From: an uncultured Methanoregulaceae archaeon
GTDB taxonomy: Archaea; Halobacteriota; Methanomicrobia; Methanomicrobiales; Methanospirillaceae
Reading direction: 5' to 3'
Assembly (NCBI GenBank): GCA_963701095.1
Contig: OY969564.1
Coordinates: 2,432,001-2,496,000 of the forward strand
DNA: 64,000 nt
The position numbers and the translations under genes are program-made. The stretch's first letter is position 1, and the number at the start of each line of letters is the position of its first letter. Under the pieces are notes generated by a model. It was not told the origin of the DNA, ran no database searches, and worked only from the letters and a program-made list of their open reading frames with translations. This document shows, piece after piece, positions 43,374 to 53,117 of the stretch.

Positions 43374-44060
43374 ATGCAATTGTTGGTCAGCCCCAGCTCT
43401 ATATCCGAGGCTCACTGTTCTGTCGCTGCCGATATCATTGATGTCAAAAAACCGTCCGAAGGTTCACTGGGTGCCAACTTTCCTTGGGTGATCCGGGAGA
43501 TCAAGGCATTTGCCAAAAAACCGGTGAGTGCGGCGATCGGGGATTTCCCTTACAAGCCGGGCTGCTCTGCCCTTGCCGCCTATGGTGCTGCATGCGCCGG
43601 GGCTGATTATGTAAAAATCGGCCTTGCTTTTGCCGGTAAAGACCCGGCTCGTGAAGTGATCGCTGCAGTTACAAAGGCGGTTAAAGATGAGTTCCCTGAG
43701 AAATTCGTCGTTATTGCAGGATATTCTGATTTCGAACGTATGGGAACAATCTCCCCCTTCGACATCTCACCACTTGCAGCAGCATGTGGTGCTGACTATG
43801 CGATGGTAGACACTGGTATCAAAGACGGAAGAAGTACCTTCTCTTTCATGGATGAGGGAACGCTCACACGGTTCACCGAAAACAACAGAACTCTTGGCCT
43901 TGGAACAGCTCTTGCCGGATCACTTACGTTCGCTGATATAGACGCATTAAAACGCATTAACCCGGAAATCATTGGCGTCCGGGGGATGGTCTGTGGTGGA
44001 GACCGGAATGCGACGATTCAAGAAGATCTTGTGAAAACTGCTCTTGCAAGAATACGGTAA
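43374..44060 (+). CDS. mfnB: (5-formylfuran-3-yl)methyl phosphate synthase
   Basis: MQLLVSP..EA, DIIDVK.P.EGSLGAN, YVKIG, MVDT..KDG, ALAGSL and GVRG.VC. Confidence 0.92.
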   Translation: MQLLVSPSSISEAHCSVAADIIDVKKPSEGSLGANFPWVIREIKAFAKKPVSAAIGDFPYKPGCSALAAYGAACAGADYVKIGLAFAGKDPAREVIAAVTKAVKDEFPEKFVVIAGYSDFERMGTISPFDISPLAAACGADYAMVDTGIKDGRSTFSFMDEGTLTRFTENNRTLGLGTALAGSLTFADIDALKRINPEIIGVRGMVCGGDRNATIQEDLVKTALARIR

Positions 44061-44083
44061 TAAATAAAAAAAACTGGTGTTCT

Positions 44084-45553
44084 ATGTATCTTGACAAACT
44101 GGATGTCCCACTATCCCTCACTTTCGACGATGTTTTACTGGAACCGCTGGAATCATGGATTGAACCAGCTGAGACTGATACCCGCACGGTTTTCTCAAAA
44201 AACATCGGACTGAATATCCCCCTTGTATCTTCTGCGATGGATACGGTAACCGAATCGATAATGGCAATAGCCCTTGCCCGTGAAGGTGGTATTGGGGTAA
44301 TCCACCGGAATATGACTGCCGAGCACGAGCTTCAGGAAGTTAATATCGTCAAACAGGCCGAGGAGCTCATTGAACGTGACGTCTTGTATGTAGAAGATAC
44401 AGCGACCGTTTCTGATGCCGAGAAACTGATGAACCAGTACAGTATTGGCGGCGTGCCCGTTGTCGGGAAAGGGAGAATCATCGGTATTGTCTCCCGCCGG
44501 GACGTGCGGGCAATTGTCTCCCGGTGCGGAGAAGAGAGCATCAGGACAATTATGACAAAAAAACCGATTACCGCCGGTGCGGATATAACGCCCGAAAAAG
44601 CGCTTGAGGTCATGTATACCAACAAGATCGAGCGTCTTCCGGTTGCTGACGAAAAAGGCAGGTTGATCGGTATCATCACGATGCAGGATATTCTGGAAAA
44701 ACGCCAGTACCCAAAGGCAACCCGGGACAAAAAAGGAAACCTTCAGGTTGCGGCAGCGGTAGGCCCGTTTGACTTTACCCGTGCGACTCTTTTGGATGCA
44801 CATGACGTGGATGCGCTTGTGGTCGATTGCGCCCATGGACATAATATGAAAGTTGTTGAAGCGGTCAAAAACATCAAGGGAAGTGTCAATGCTGATGTAA
44901 TCGCAGGAAACATTGCTACTGTTGCCGCAGCTGAAGCGCTCTTAAGTGCAGGGGTAGATGGCGTCAAGGTGGGCATAGGTCCGGGTTCCATCTGCACAAC
45001 CCGGATCGTCGCAGGAACCGGAGTTCCCCAGATCACAGCTATAGCACAGGTCGCAGAGATTGCATCCCCAGCTGATGTTCCTGTTATCGCTGACGGAGGA
45101 GTGCGGTATTCAGGTGATATAGCAAAAGCAATAGCTGCCGGGGCAGACACGGTAATGATGGGGAGTATGTTTGCCGGCACCGACGAAGCACCAGGAAAAG
45201 TTATTACTATCAAAGGAAGGCGCTACAAGCAATACCGGGGTATGGGGTCACTTGGCGTAATGAGCTCAGGACAATCGAGCGACCGGTACTTCCAGAAAAA
45301 AGAGATCGGAAGAACGAAATTTGTTCCGGAAGGTGTCGAAGGCGTAACTCCCTATGTCGGGCGTGTCGGTGAAGTTATTTACCAGCTTGTGGGCGGCCTG
45401 AAGGCCGCCATGGGCTATTCAGGTGCCCCCACTATCGCAGATATGCATAAAAAAGCACGTTTTATCCGTATAACAAATGCCGGAATGACCGAAAGTCATC
45501 CGCACAATATCCTGATTACTGATGAAGCTCCAAACTACCGGCTTTTTGAATAA
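44084..45553 (+). CDS. guaB: IMP dehydrogenase with CBS pair
   Basis: [30 protein letters not shown] and YRGMGS. Confidence 0.96.
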   Translation: MYLDKLDVPLSLTFDDVLLEPLESWIEPAETDTRTVFSKNIGLNIPLVSSAMDTVTESIMAIALAREGGIGVIHRNMTAEHELQEVNIVKQAEELIERDVLYVEDTATVSDAEKLMNQYSIGGVPVVGKGRIIGIVSRRDVRAIVSRCGEESIRTIMTKKPITAGADITPEKALEVMYTNKIERLPVADEKGRLIGIITMQDILEKRQYPKATRDKKGNLQVAAAVGPFDFTRATLLDAHDVDALVVDCAHGHNMKVVEAVKNIKGSVNADVIAGNIATVAAAEALLSAGVDGVKVGIGPGSICTTRIVAGTGVPQITAIAQVAEIASPADVPVIADGGVRYSGDIAKAIAAGADTVMMGSMFAGTDEAPGKVITIKGRRYKQYRGMGSLGVMSSGQSSDRYFQKKEIGRTKFVPEGVEGVTPYVGRVGEVIYQLVGGLKAAMGYSGAPTIADMHKKARFIRITNAGMTESHPHNILITDEAPNYRLFE

Positions 45554-45634
45554 CTTTTTTTTTATTCCGGAACAATACTCTGTGGTCAAAAAGATGCCAA
45601 AAAACAGGTCGTTTTTGAATAATTGTAATGCTCT

Positions 45635-45862
45635 TTAAACCGCGATTTGTTTTGCGCGGAACCGGTTACGTACCTTTTCGGAAAAGTATTTTCCGACGGC
45701 ACTTGAATTTATGAGATCTGAGTAGACTTTTGAAGGGACGCCAGAATACTGGAAAATGAGTCCTGAATGAAATTCAATCTCCATGTTTTTCATCGCGTCA
45801 TCATACCCCACGGAGCGAAGGATGCAGGATTTTACAGGAAGTCTTTCCAAAAGGGTCACCAA
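45635..45862 (-). CDS. KTSC-domain small protein
   Basis: V.S..L.SVGYD...EIEF.SG..FQY.GVP..VY..L..S.S.GKYF...VR. Confidence 0.85.
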   Translation of the reverse strand: MVTLLERLPVKSCILRSVGYDDAMKNMEIEFHSGLIFQYSGVPSKVYSDLINSSAVGKYFSEKVRNRFRAKQIAV

Positions 45863-45995
45863 TGTACTATGTGCTCTCCGGACAGTTAACGGTTTTTATA
45901 ATACAAAAAAAATGAAGCCGGATCTGAGAAAGTTAATTCAACCTTCGGAGCTCTTAATATTTTTTATATTCTTCAAGCACTAACATTAAGTAAAC

Positions 45996-46637
45996 ATGGA
46001 TGATCTCGCAGAATTCGCACGGTTACTTGATATCCTCGGTAACCGGAATCGACGGCGAATAATCGGGTTGCTGCGGCAGAAACCATGCTTTGTCACCGAG
46101 ATATCGGAAACACTGATGATCTCGCCCAAAGCGGTTATCGAACATCTCCAATTGATGGAACGGGAAGATATTCTATCCTGCCAGATGGACGACCGCCGGC
46201 GCAAGTACTATTATCTCGCAAATGATATCCTCGTAGATGTCACGCTGCGAAGCCTGCAAAGTAGTATAGGAAAACCAGATGATTCAGAGAGGAATGAAGA
46301 GAATGAACGAACCCAACAAGCAGTCGTCATGCTCGCAAAGATGATCCAGGCTCATGACCAGCTCGTTGACCATCTGGAACAACTCAACCATGATGTTGAT
46401 ACTAAACTTGCCGATCTTGCCCGAAACCATAATGATTTATTCAGGAGCGAGCGAGAACTATCTGTAGCAGTTGCCCTATCCCATGAACCACTGACCCGGG
46501 ACGAACTTATGGAAGCTACCGGGTGTTCACCGGACGAACTCGAGCCAATCTTGGCTGAATTCGTAAGAAGAGGCATTGCGTCAAGAACAAAGAACCGGAT
46601 TACACTCAGAGGAGCTCATGCAGACGAATCCCAATAA
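45996..46637 (+). CDS. ArsR-family regulator (HSR1/Phr heat-shock repressor-like)
   Basis: LDILGNRNRRRI..LL..KP.FV.EIS..L.ISPKAVIEHL...RRKYY; overlaps the Hsp20-like gene. Confidence 0.85.
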   Translation: MDDLAEFARLLDILGNRNRRRIIGLLRQKPCFVTEISETLMISPKAVIEHLQLMEREDILSCQMDDRRRKYYYLANDILVDVTLRSLQSSIGKPDDSERNEENERTQQAVVMLAKMIQAHDQLVDHLEQLNHDVDTKLADLARNHNDLFRSERELSVAVALSHEPLTRDELMEATGCSPDELEPILAEFVRRGIASRTKNRITLRGAHADESQ

Positions 46638-47037
46638 CCCTTACGATGAAGTATTTGGCAACCTCTCAAAAATTGTCGAAGAGATTGTTCGAAACATGCC
46701 CGAGGCAGAACATGCCCGCGTCATAGGGTATACTATTGTCACCCGGCATGTCCCCGGAGAACCCGGAATCTTCACCGGCGGGTTAAACAGCGGCGATGAC
46801 GATATTCCGTATGAAGTTCAAGAGTCCGACACCCAAATCTTCATTACTGCCGCAATTCCCCCTGATGCTGAACATGCCCCTTATGCAGATATAAAGAAAG
46901 ATACGGTACGGATCTGTGTTGATGACCATTCAACCACGATTGATCTGGAAAAGCCTATTGATATTATCCACAGTTCATACCGGGTGCATCGCGGTGTGAT
47001 GGATATAACGCTCCGGAAGATTCCGGATTACCGTTAG
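46618..47037 (+). CDS. Hsp20/alpha-crystallin-like protein
   Basis: IPYEV.E....IFITA..P and C-terminal SY....GVMDITL.K; GGAG SD. Confidence 0.7.
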   Translation: MQTNPNNPYDEVFGNLSKIVEEIVRNMPEAEHARVIGYTIVTRHVPGEPGIFTGGLNSGDDDIPYEVQESDTQIFITAAIPPDAEHAPYADIKKDTVRICVDDHSTTIDLEKPIDIIHSSYRVHRGVMDITLRKIPDYR

Positions 47038-47174
47038 ATCTTTTTCCCCCTCGTAATTGAGTCATTTATAACCCATATGTGACCAATAGATAATCTTCTC
47101 GCTATTTTTCAAAAGTTAAAACGATAATTCCAAATTATCGTTAGAAAAGATCCTGCATCCTAGAAATAAGAGAT

Positions 47175-49359
47175 TTATGCCTTTGCCGGAATATCTGAAG
47201 GTGTAAACGGGTTGATCCCTTTCTTCTTCTGACGGTACTCGCGGAACTGACGAAGTGATACGGTAAGATCCCGGTGAATGCGAAGTATCCTATCTGCGTG
47301 TTCCGGCAAAGGTTCATTGCCATATCCATAAGACCCCGGGGATCGGGACGGGCCTCTCCGAGCCATATATGGAATATATTTCCTCCATCCACGATCGGGA
47401 AAAAGACATTTTCGATTTCCATGCGTTTAGTAAGCGGAACATCAGCACCCGGGGCGACATGAGTGCCGTTTGTGTAGTAGATTGGCAGATCCCGGGTCTT
47501 CCCGAGGTTTTCAAGTGCGTATTCAAGATCCCCTTTAATAACCTTCGTTGCTGCATCGTGGAATCGCCGGTCAATAAGATCTGCAACGGCAAATCGTTGG
47601 CCTGTGGTTTCCGCTGGGGTCCGGGCAAGGGCAAGGGTCATGTGATTTTTTTCTGATAGTTTCCGGGCATAGATCTCCATCTCAGTCATCGCTCGCACTG
47701 CCAGTTTGAATGCAGCTTTTGATTCATGGGTCTGTTTGCCGGTGTGGTGCTGGACCATTTCATTTACGCCGACAACGCCGATAGTATATACCAGACCTTC
47801 AAGATCGACTGCAATCGCCCCACAATCACCGGAGTTGGGATCTTTGGGGCGCTGCATTGCAAAGGGCATCCGGTCATTGGCACGGATAATATCCATCCAC
47901 CGGCGCTTGATTTTGAAAAGCTCAACAGCCACGTCCATGAGAGACCTGAGTTCGGCAAAGAGACGCTCGTCGTTTCCTTCTGCTTTGTATGCAGCCCGGG
48001 GGCAGTTGACTGAGACCACCTGCCACGACCCCATCGAAAAATGGTGACCTCCTTCAAAGAAGAGTTTTTTATCAAAATCAGAATCTTTGTCAGCTACGGC
48101 CGAGAACTGGTAGGCACAGCACTGGTAGCAGGAAATTCCCTTCCCGGCTCCACGATAAGCCGGTAACTGGTTATCGTAATAAGGGGTGCCGAATTTGGAC
48201 GCAGGCTCGAAGGTCATGAGGTACAGATCCCGGTATGTCGGGAGGTCCGGGTGGGCCCGGTTAAACGATTCGCGCTCGTTCATGAAGTCGGGCTCGATAC
48301 TGATCTCGGGTTTGGGGAAGTTGAACGGTTTACCCCAATAGTCACCTTCTATCATTACCTCCATAAGCGCCTTGAAAAGCAGCCGGACCTCCCGCTCGAA
48401 TTCACCATAGGTGCGGTGCGGTGCCTGCTTACCGTCCCAGACTTTCCCTTTATAAACACAGGGCTTGTCCTGCCAGAGTGCGGGGACGCCAGGTGAAAGC
48501 TGAACCGAGGAAAAAACGAGCTGGCCTCCCCGCGCAACCATCATCTGGGTCATCTCGTAGACAAACATCTGCATGTTCTGTCGGATTTCCTCATAGTTCA
48601 TGCCTTCCATGAACGGCGCAAGGAATGTCAGGAAATTGTAATAGCCCTGTCCGCCGGCAAAATTTGTCTGGGCACTGCCGAGTGCTTTTACCGCATGGAG
48701 GATAGCAACTTCCGCTCGTTTTGCCGGACCGGCAACCGATGCTTTTGTTCCGTTGCCATCCGGCATAAGACCATAATAAAAAAAGTATCGTAGATCCCAG
48801 TCCTGGCAGAATGGGCGTGTACCGAAATATTCGAGATCGTGGATGTGCATCTCGCCGGAAAGGTGATGGTCGGCAAGTTCAGGGGGGAGCTGGAGAAGGT
48901 ACTGCTCTTTTGAAATCTTGTCGGCTTTCTTTTTATGCGATGTTTCCGCATTTTCCTGAAGGTTTGCGTTCTCATGGGACTCAAACCCCTTGCCCACATC
49001 GATCAGGTGCGCATCGTAGACCGGTGTACCAACCCGGTGCAGACGTTCCTGTACTGCATCATACCTTTCTCAAGAAGGGTGATGTTCATTATCTCCCGGA
49101 TTAGCGGACCTGAAAGAGATTTCAGGCCAAGAGAAAGAATACGCTGCTCGACAAGTCGCGCGATTTCCTGAGCAGTATCCGGGTCTGTGCCCTCGTAGCC
49201 GTAAAACACTTCGACGAGTTTAGTTTCTTTTAAAATCTGTTCAGCAATCCGGTTCCGGTCCCATTCGATAATGTGGCCATCGGTAGTCCGTACAAAAGGA
49301 AGGGCCGGGGAAAAACTGCCATCGAGAGTCTGTTGCAGGGTCTCCCGTCGTGCCATCAT
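47175..49359 (-). CDS. nrdD: class III anaerobic ribonucleotide reductase large subunit (ATP cone plus core, no C-terminal glycyl-radical domain), two -1 indels
   Basis: ATP cone, HIHDLEY, RPFC, AGGQG, FPKP, CYQCCAY, TPAE and YTNG.H. Adding one base at 49036-37 and one at 47273-74 gives a single ORF of about 728 aa ending YFAFTRDLTVSL...PAKA*. Confidence 0.9.
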
Positions 49360-49625
49360 GCACCCGACAGAATGGCACGGAGTTTCTTCTCATCCAGCGT
49401 ACCGCCTGGGAAAAGGTCATCTGTAGTGTAGAAATCGTCACCCCTCTGGAGAACAGGCGCCTCGTTGACAAAGACGCCGTTTACCCGAAGTTCAGTGAGG
49501 GCTTCTGCGGTTGACAGGTCACGCTCTGAAAATGTATGGCCACCTTTCTTTATTGAGTTCTTAAGCATCACGCAATGCGGACAGGTTTCCAGAGTATAAA
49601 CGATCAATGGCACGGTTTCCGGCAT
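49356..49625 (-). CDS. nrdH: NrdH-like glutaredoxin/thioredoxin
   Basis: VYTLETCPHC and APVL; ATGA-coupled to nrdD. Confidence 0.82.
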   Translation of the reverse strand: MPETVPLIVYTLETCPHCVMLKNSIKKGGHTFSERDLSTAEALTELRVNGVFVNEAPVLQRGDDFYTTDDLFPGGTLDEKKLRAILSGA

Positions 49626-49762
49626 AAAAATACCCTCTGCTATGTATCTAGCACTACGATTTTGGAGATAAAAAAATCATGGTTTTTAACTTTTAAACAA
49701 ACTGGATCCCTGAGTTATTGAGCGATCACCATTTTGTAGGTAGATGGACAATGTGTACCCTG

Positions 49763-50302
49763 ATGGTAAGGGCGTTTGTGGCATGCGAGTTGTCACTGGA
49801 AATGAAGCAGCAGCTGGCTGCAGCGCAAATCGAGTTAAAGAAAAGCGCAGCCCGGCTTACGTTTGTTGATCCCACACTAATCCATATTACCGTGAAGTTC
49901 CTCGGTGAAGTAGACGAAAAAAAGATACCTCAGGTGATTGCTGCGCTCGAATCCATACGGGTACAACCTTTTCCTGCCAGGGGCGGCAGGATTACTGTCA
50001 ATAACCCTTCCCGCCCTCATACGGTGTGGTGTGCAATAGAGGATGCTGGAAAAGGTCAGGAGGTCTTTTCTGCAGTGGAAACCGTGCTTTCGCCGCTCGG
50101 ATTTCCCCGTGAGACACGGAGTTTTAAACCTCATGCCACGCTTGCCCGGGTTAAGGAAGCAGATTCCTCCCTTTTTAAGTACCTCGACAATCTGAAGAGT
50201 GCGACATTTGGCAGCTGCTTGATATCTGGTCTGAAACTCAAGAAAAGCACGCTTACACCCAAAGGCCCGGTTTATGAGGATCTTTGCGAGGTTTTATGGT
50301 GA
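49763..50302 (+). CDS. thpR: RNA 2',3'-cyclic phosphodiesterase (2H family)
   Basis: MVRAFVA, HITVKFLGE, PHATLARV and STLTP.GP.Y. Confidence 0.92.
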   Translation: MVRAFVACELSLEMKQQLAAAQIELKKSAARLTFVDPTLIHITVKFLGEVDEKKIPQVIAALESIRVQPFPARGGRITVNNPSRPHTVWCAIEDAGKGQEVFSAVETVLSPLGFPRETRSFKPHATLARVKEADSSLFKYLDNLKSATFGSCLISGLKLKKSTLTPKGPVYEDLCEVLW

Positions 50303-51681
50303 GCGGGAAAAGCGCAATGAAAGGGCGGCTGCCGCTCGAAGAAGATATTCTCACCCGGCAGCTCAGGCCGTCCAAGGAAGAACGTGAGTTTATTGCCGGT
50401 ATTGCACGCCGGCTGGTAGCCGCCATCAAAGAAAGCGGGAAAGCGGAAGGGATGGTAGTGGGTTCGATTGCCCGGAACACATGGGTCCGGGGAGACCGGG
50501 ATCTTGATGTTTTCCTACTGTTCCCCCCGGATATATCCCGCGAAGCTCTCGAATCAGAGGGGCTTGCCCTTGCCCGTACTATTGCGCGAAAATTTACGAA
50601 AACCTTTTGCGAAAAATACGCTGAACACCCGTACATTAATGCGACGATTGATTCCATCGATGTGGATCTTGTTCCTTGCTACAACGTCGAAAGTGCTGCA
50701 AGTATCCAGAGCGCCGTAGACCGGACTCCCTTCCACACCCGGTATATTACCGAAAAAATCAATGGCCTCACGGACGATGTTCTTCTCCTCAAGCAGTTTG
50801 CAAAAGCAGGCGGAATCTACGGTTCGGACCAGATGACCGAGGGGTTTTCAGGGTACCTCTGCGAGCTTCTCATTCTTTACTATGGAGGGTTTGGCCTGCT
50901 CCTTGATGCGGCAGCCGATTGGCGTCCATCTACACTTATTGATATCTCACAGCATGGCTCAAAAGAATTTTCTGAGCCCCTGATTGTGATTGACCCGGTC
51001 GATCCCCGGCGGAACGTAGCAGCTGCTGTTTCACTGGACCGTATGGCAGAGTTTGTTGAAATAGCCCGTGGCTATAGAGAAGCACCATCCGAAAAGTTCT
51101 TTATTCTCCCTAAAGAACATCCCTGCAGCCGGGATGATCTCTGTGAAATGCTTGCCATGCGTGGTACCGCACTCTATGCAGTGACCTTTACGACGCCACC
51201 GTTTATCGAAGAAATTGTCGTTCCCCAGCTCAAAAAGAGCACGCAGGCGATTTGTGAGCTGCTTTCGCGGAACGGTTTTGCAGTTCATCATGCCCACTAC
51301 CGGATGGGAAAGGAGCGGAGTCTGCTACTTTTTGAGTTACTCATTGATGAGCTCCCACCCATCAGGCGTCATGAAGGCCCACCTCTCTGGAACCGGGCAA
51401 ATGCGGATAAGTTCCGCGAGAAGTACCAGAACTTGTCCGGGCCCTTTATCGAAAACGGACGATATGTTACAGAAGTATCCCGCGAATTTATCCGGGCTGC
51501 CGATCTTCTCTCCTCACCGGCGCTTTTAGATGTGGGCATCGGTCGGCACGTACGGGCGGAACTGGGAAAAGACTGGAGCGTCCTTGAGGGAGCTGACTGC
51601 TGGCAGGAGGAATTTGCCGCTTTTATTGCCGGTTTCTTCTCCCGGTGTTCACCGCTGGTTCGGATAGGGCGGGAAGGATAA
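50296..51681 (+). CDS. cca: class I CCA-adding tRNA nucleotidyltransferase
   Basis: GSIARNTW..GDRDLDVF, YAEHPY, DRTPFH, GFSGY.CEL and DPVD.RRN. The start is 50296 or 50317. Confidence 0.94.
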   Translation: MVSGKSAMKGRLPLEEDILTRQLRPSKEEREFIAGIARRLVAAIKESGKAEGMVVGSIARNTWVRGDRDLDVFLLFPPDISREALESEGLALARTIARKFTKTFCEKYAEHPYINATIDSIDVDLVPCYNVESAASIQSAVDRTPFHTRYITEKINGLTDDVLLLKQFAKAGGIYGSDQMTEGFSGYLCELLILYYGGFGLLLDAAADWRPSTLIDISQHGSKEFSEPLIVIDPVDPRRNVAAAVSLDRMAEFVEIARGYREAPSEKFFILPKEHPCSRDDLCEMLAMRGTALYAVTFTTPPFIEEIVVPQLKKSTQAICELLSRNGFAVHHAHYRMGKERSLLLFELLIDELPPIRRHEGPPLWNRANADKFREKYQNLSGPFIENGRYVTEVSREFIRAADLLSSPALLDVGIGRHVRAELGKDWSVLEGADCWQEEFAAFIAGFFSRCSPLVRIGREG

Positions 51682-51753
51682 CGATATCCTTCAGGTTTTC
51701 CTATGGGAAAAGAGGTCTACCCTATTTTGTAAAAGGGAAAAAAACGTTTATTT

Positions 51754-52092
51754 TCAGATCCCGTTGGATCCTCGTTCTCCTGTCCTGACACGAATTGAGT
51801 CTTCGACCGGAAGTATAAAGATCTGGCCGTCACCGACCTTGCCGGTACGTGCTGCGTTTACGATTATATCGATCACTTTCTCTGCAGCATCGTCCCTTAC
51901 GACAATTTCCAGCTGGCGTTTGGGGATTAAGTCGACGACATATTCGGCGCCCCGGTACTGTTGCTTGATCCCTTTCTGGACACCCCTGCCTTCAACGTCA
52001 AATATGGTCATAACTCCAAATCCCGCAGTATCCAACGCCGTTTTAACGTCCTCGAACTTCTCGGGACGTATCATTGCCTTGATCATCTTCAT
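51754..52092 (-). CDS. glnK: P-II nitrogen regulator (copy 1)
   Basis: MKMIKAMIRP, GRG.QKG, YRGAEY, TGKVGDG.IF and RVRTGE; AGGTGA SD before ATG 52092. Confidence 0.93.
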   Translation of the reverse strand: MKMIKAMIRPEKFEDVKTALDTAGFGVMTIFDVEGRGVQKGIKQQYRGAEYVVDLIPKRQLEIVVRDDAAEKVIDIIVNAARTGKVGDGQIFILPVEDSIRVRTGERGSNGI

Positions 52093-52322
52093 GGTGTTCA
52101 CCTGCCGCAAGACAGGACGTCTCTGGTGGGTCCCTCTGCTCACGGTATTGTATGGTAGTATAGAATGAGGAAGGCTTTCTTTAAAACAATTCGGAAATTA
52201 AGAGAGGGAATAAAATATCCGGGTGGCAGGCACGTATCTCGTTTTACTTTTGGAACCTTTTATGAAATGGACTCATAATACTGGATACAATATATCCTGA
52301 AAAGAGGAAGTGAAGGAAAAAA

Positions 52323-52931
52323 TTATGCTTTTTTCACGACATTGGGATAATACTTTGTTAGCGCCTGAAATACCTTTTCCTTGTGGACGTACGCCGGGTA
52401 CCAGATAGTAAATATAATAGCGACCACCATGAACACCCATTTCAGGTTATCCCAGAATAAAATGCTTGGGGATGGGTATGCCATCAGGAAGGCATCCACA
52501 CCAAAACCCAGCGTAAAGGCAAATGCCCACACTGCGGTTATAATATAATTCACCCTTATGAATAGTGCACTTTTGGCACGCTCAGGGTCTACCCCTTCTC
52601 TCGAATACTGGAGTGTAAAGGGGAAATGAAACAGGATAGTGGCCCAACAGACAATCGCAAGGAGGAGCATGGAGCTCGCCGCGAGGTAATTTGCGATATA
52701 ATACTGTCGCAATCCTACGATAACAATAAAGAACACAACAAAGAATGCCAGTGACACAACAGAAAGGATATAGCCTTTGATTAGTTGCCGGTAACTTGTC
52801 AAGAGAGTGAGTGCAATTGCAACTACAAACGCAAGGATCAGGCTTATCTGGGGATTTCCAAGAGGAGCTTCAGCAACAAGGGCAAAAGCGATCCAGGGCA
52901 CGAATGCCGTAAGAAGAGATAACAGATTCAT
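52323..52931 (-). CDS. membrane protein of unknown function
   Basis: About 6 TM segments; F.PWI.F and PFTLQY.RE...F..VN..IT.VW motifs. Confidence 0.75.
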   Translation of the reverse strand: MNLLSLLTAFVPWIAFALVAEAPLGNPQISLILAFVVAIALTLLTSYRQLIKGYILSVVSLAFFVVFFIVIVGLRQYYIANYLAASSMLLLAIVCWATILFHFPFTLQYSREGVDPERAKSALFIRVNYIITAVWAFAFTLGFGVDAFLMAYPSPSILFWDNLKWVFMVVAIIFTIWYPAYVHKEKVFQALTKYYPNVVKKA

Positions 52932-53117
52932 TATGCTTTGAAAGTTCTACTGTCCGAGTGATAACGTTTTTGAAATAAAACGTGGTCCTGATCACTATCA
53001 CAGGCATGGTGAATTTTTTGGATGACCGATAGCATTTACCGTGAGAAGAATATACCTTCCAATCGCAGTGATACCCGAAAATTACCGTTAACCACGCCTT
53101 GCTAAAAAAGGAAAAAA

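Noticed and set aside
47120..47142. 10-bp inverted repeat AACGATAATT-CCA-AATTATCGTT
   Set aside because: It lies between convergent 3' ends and is most simply a terminator-associated hairpin; there is no evidence for more.
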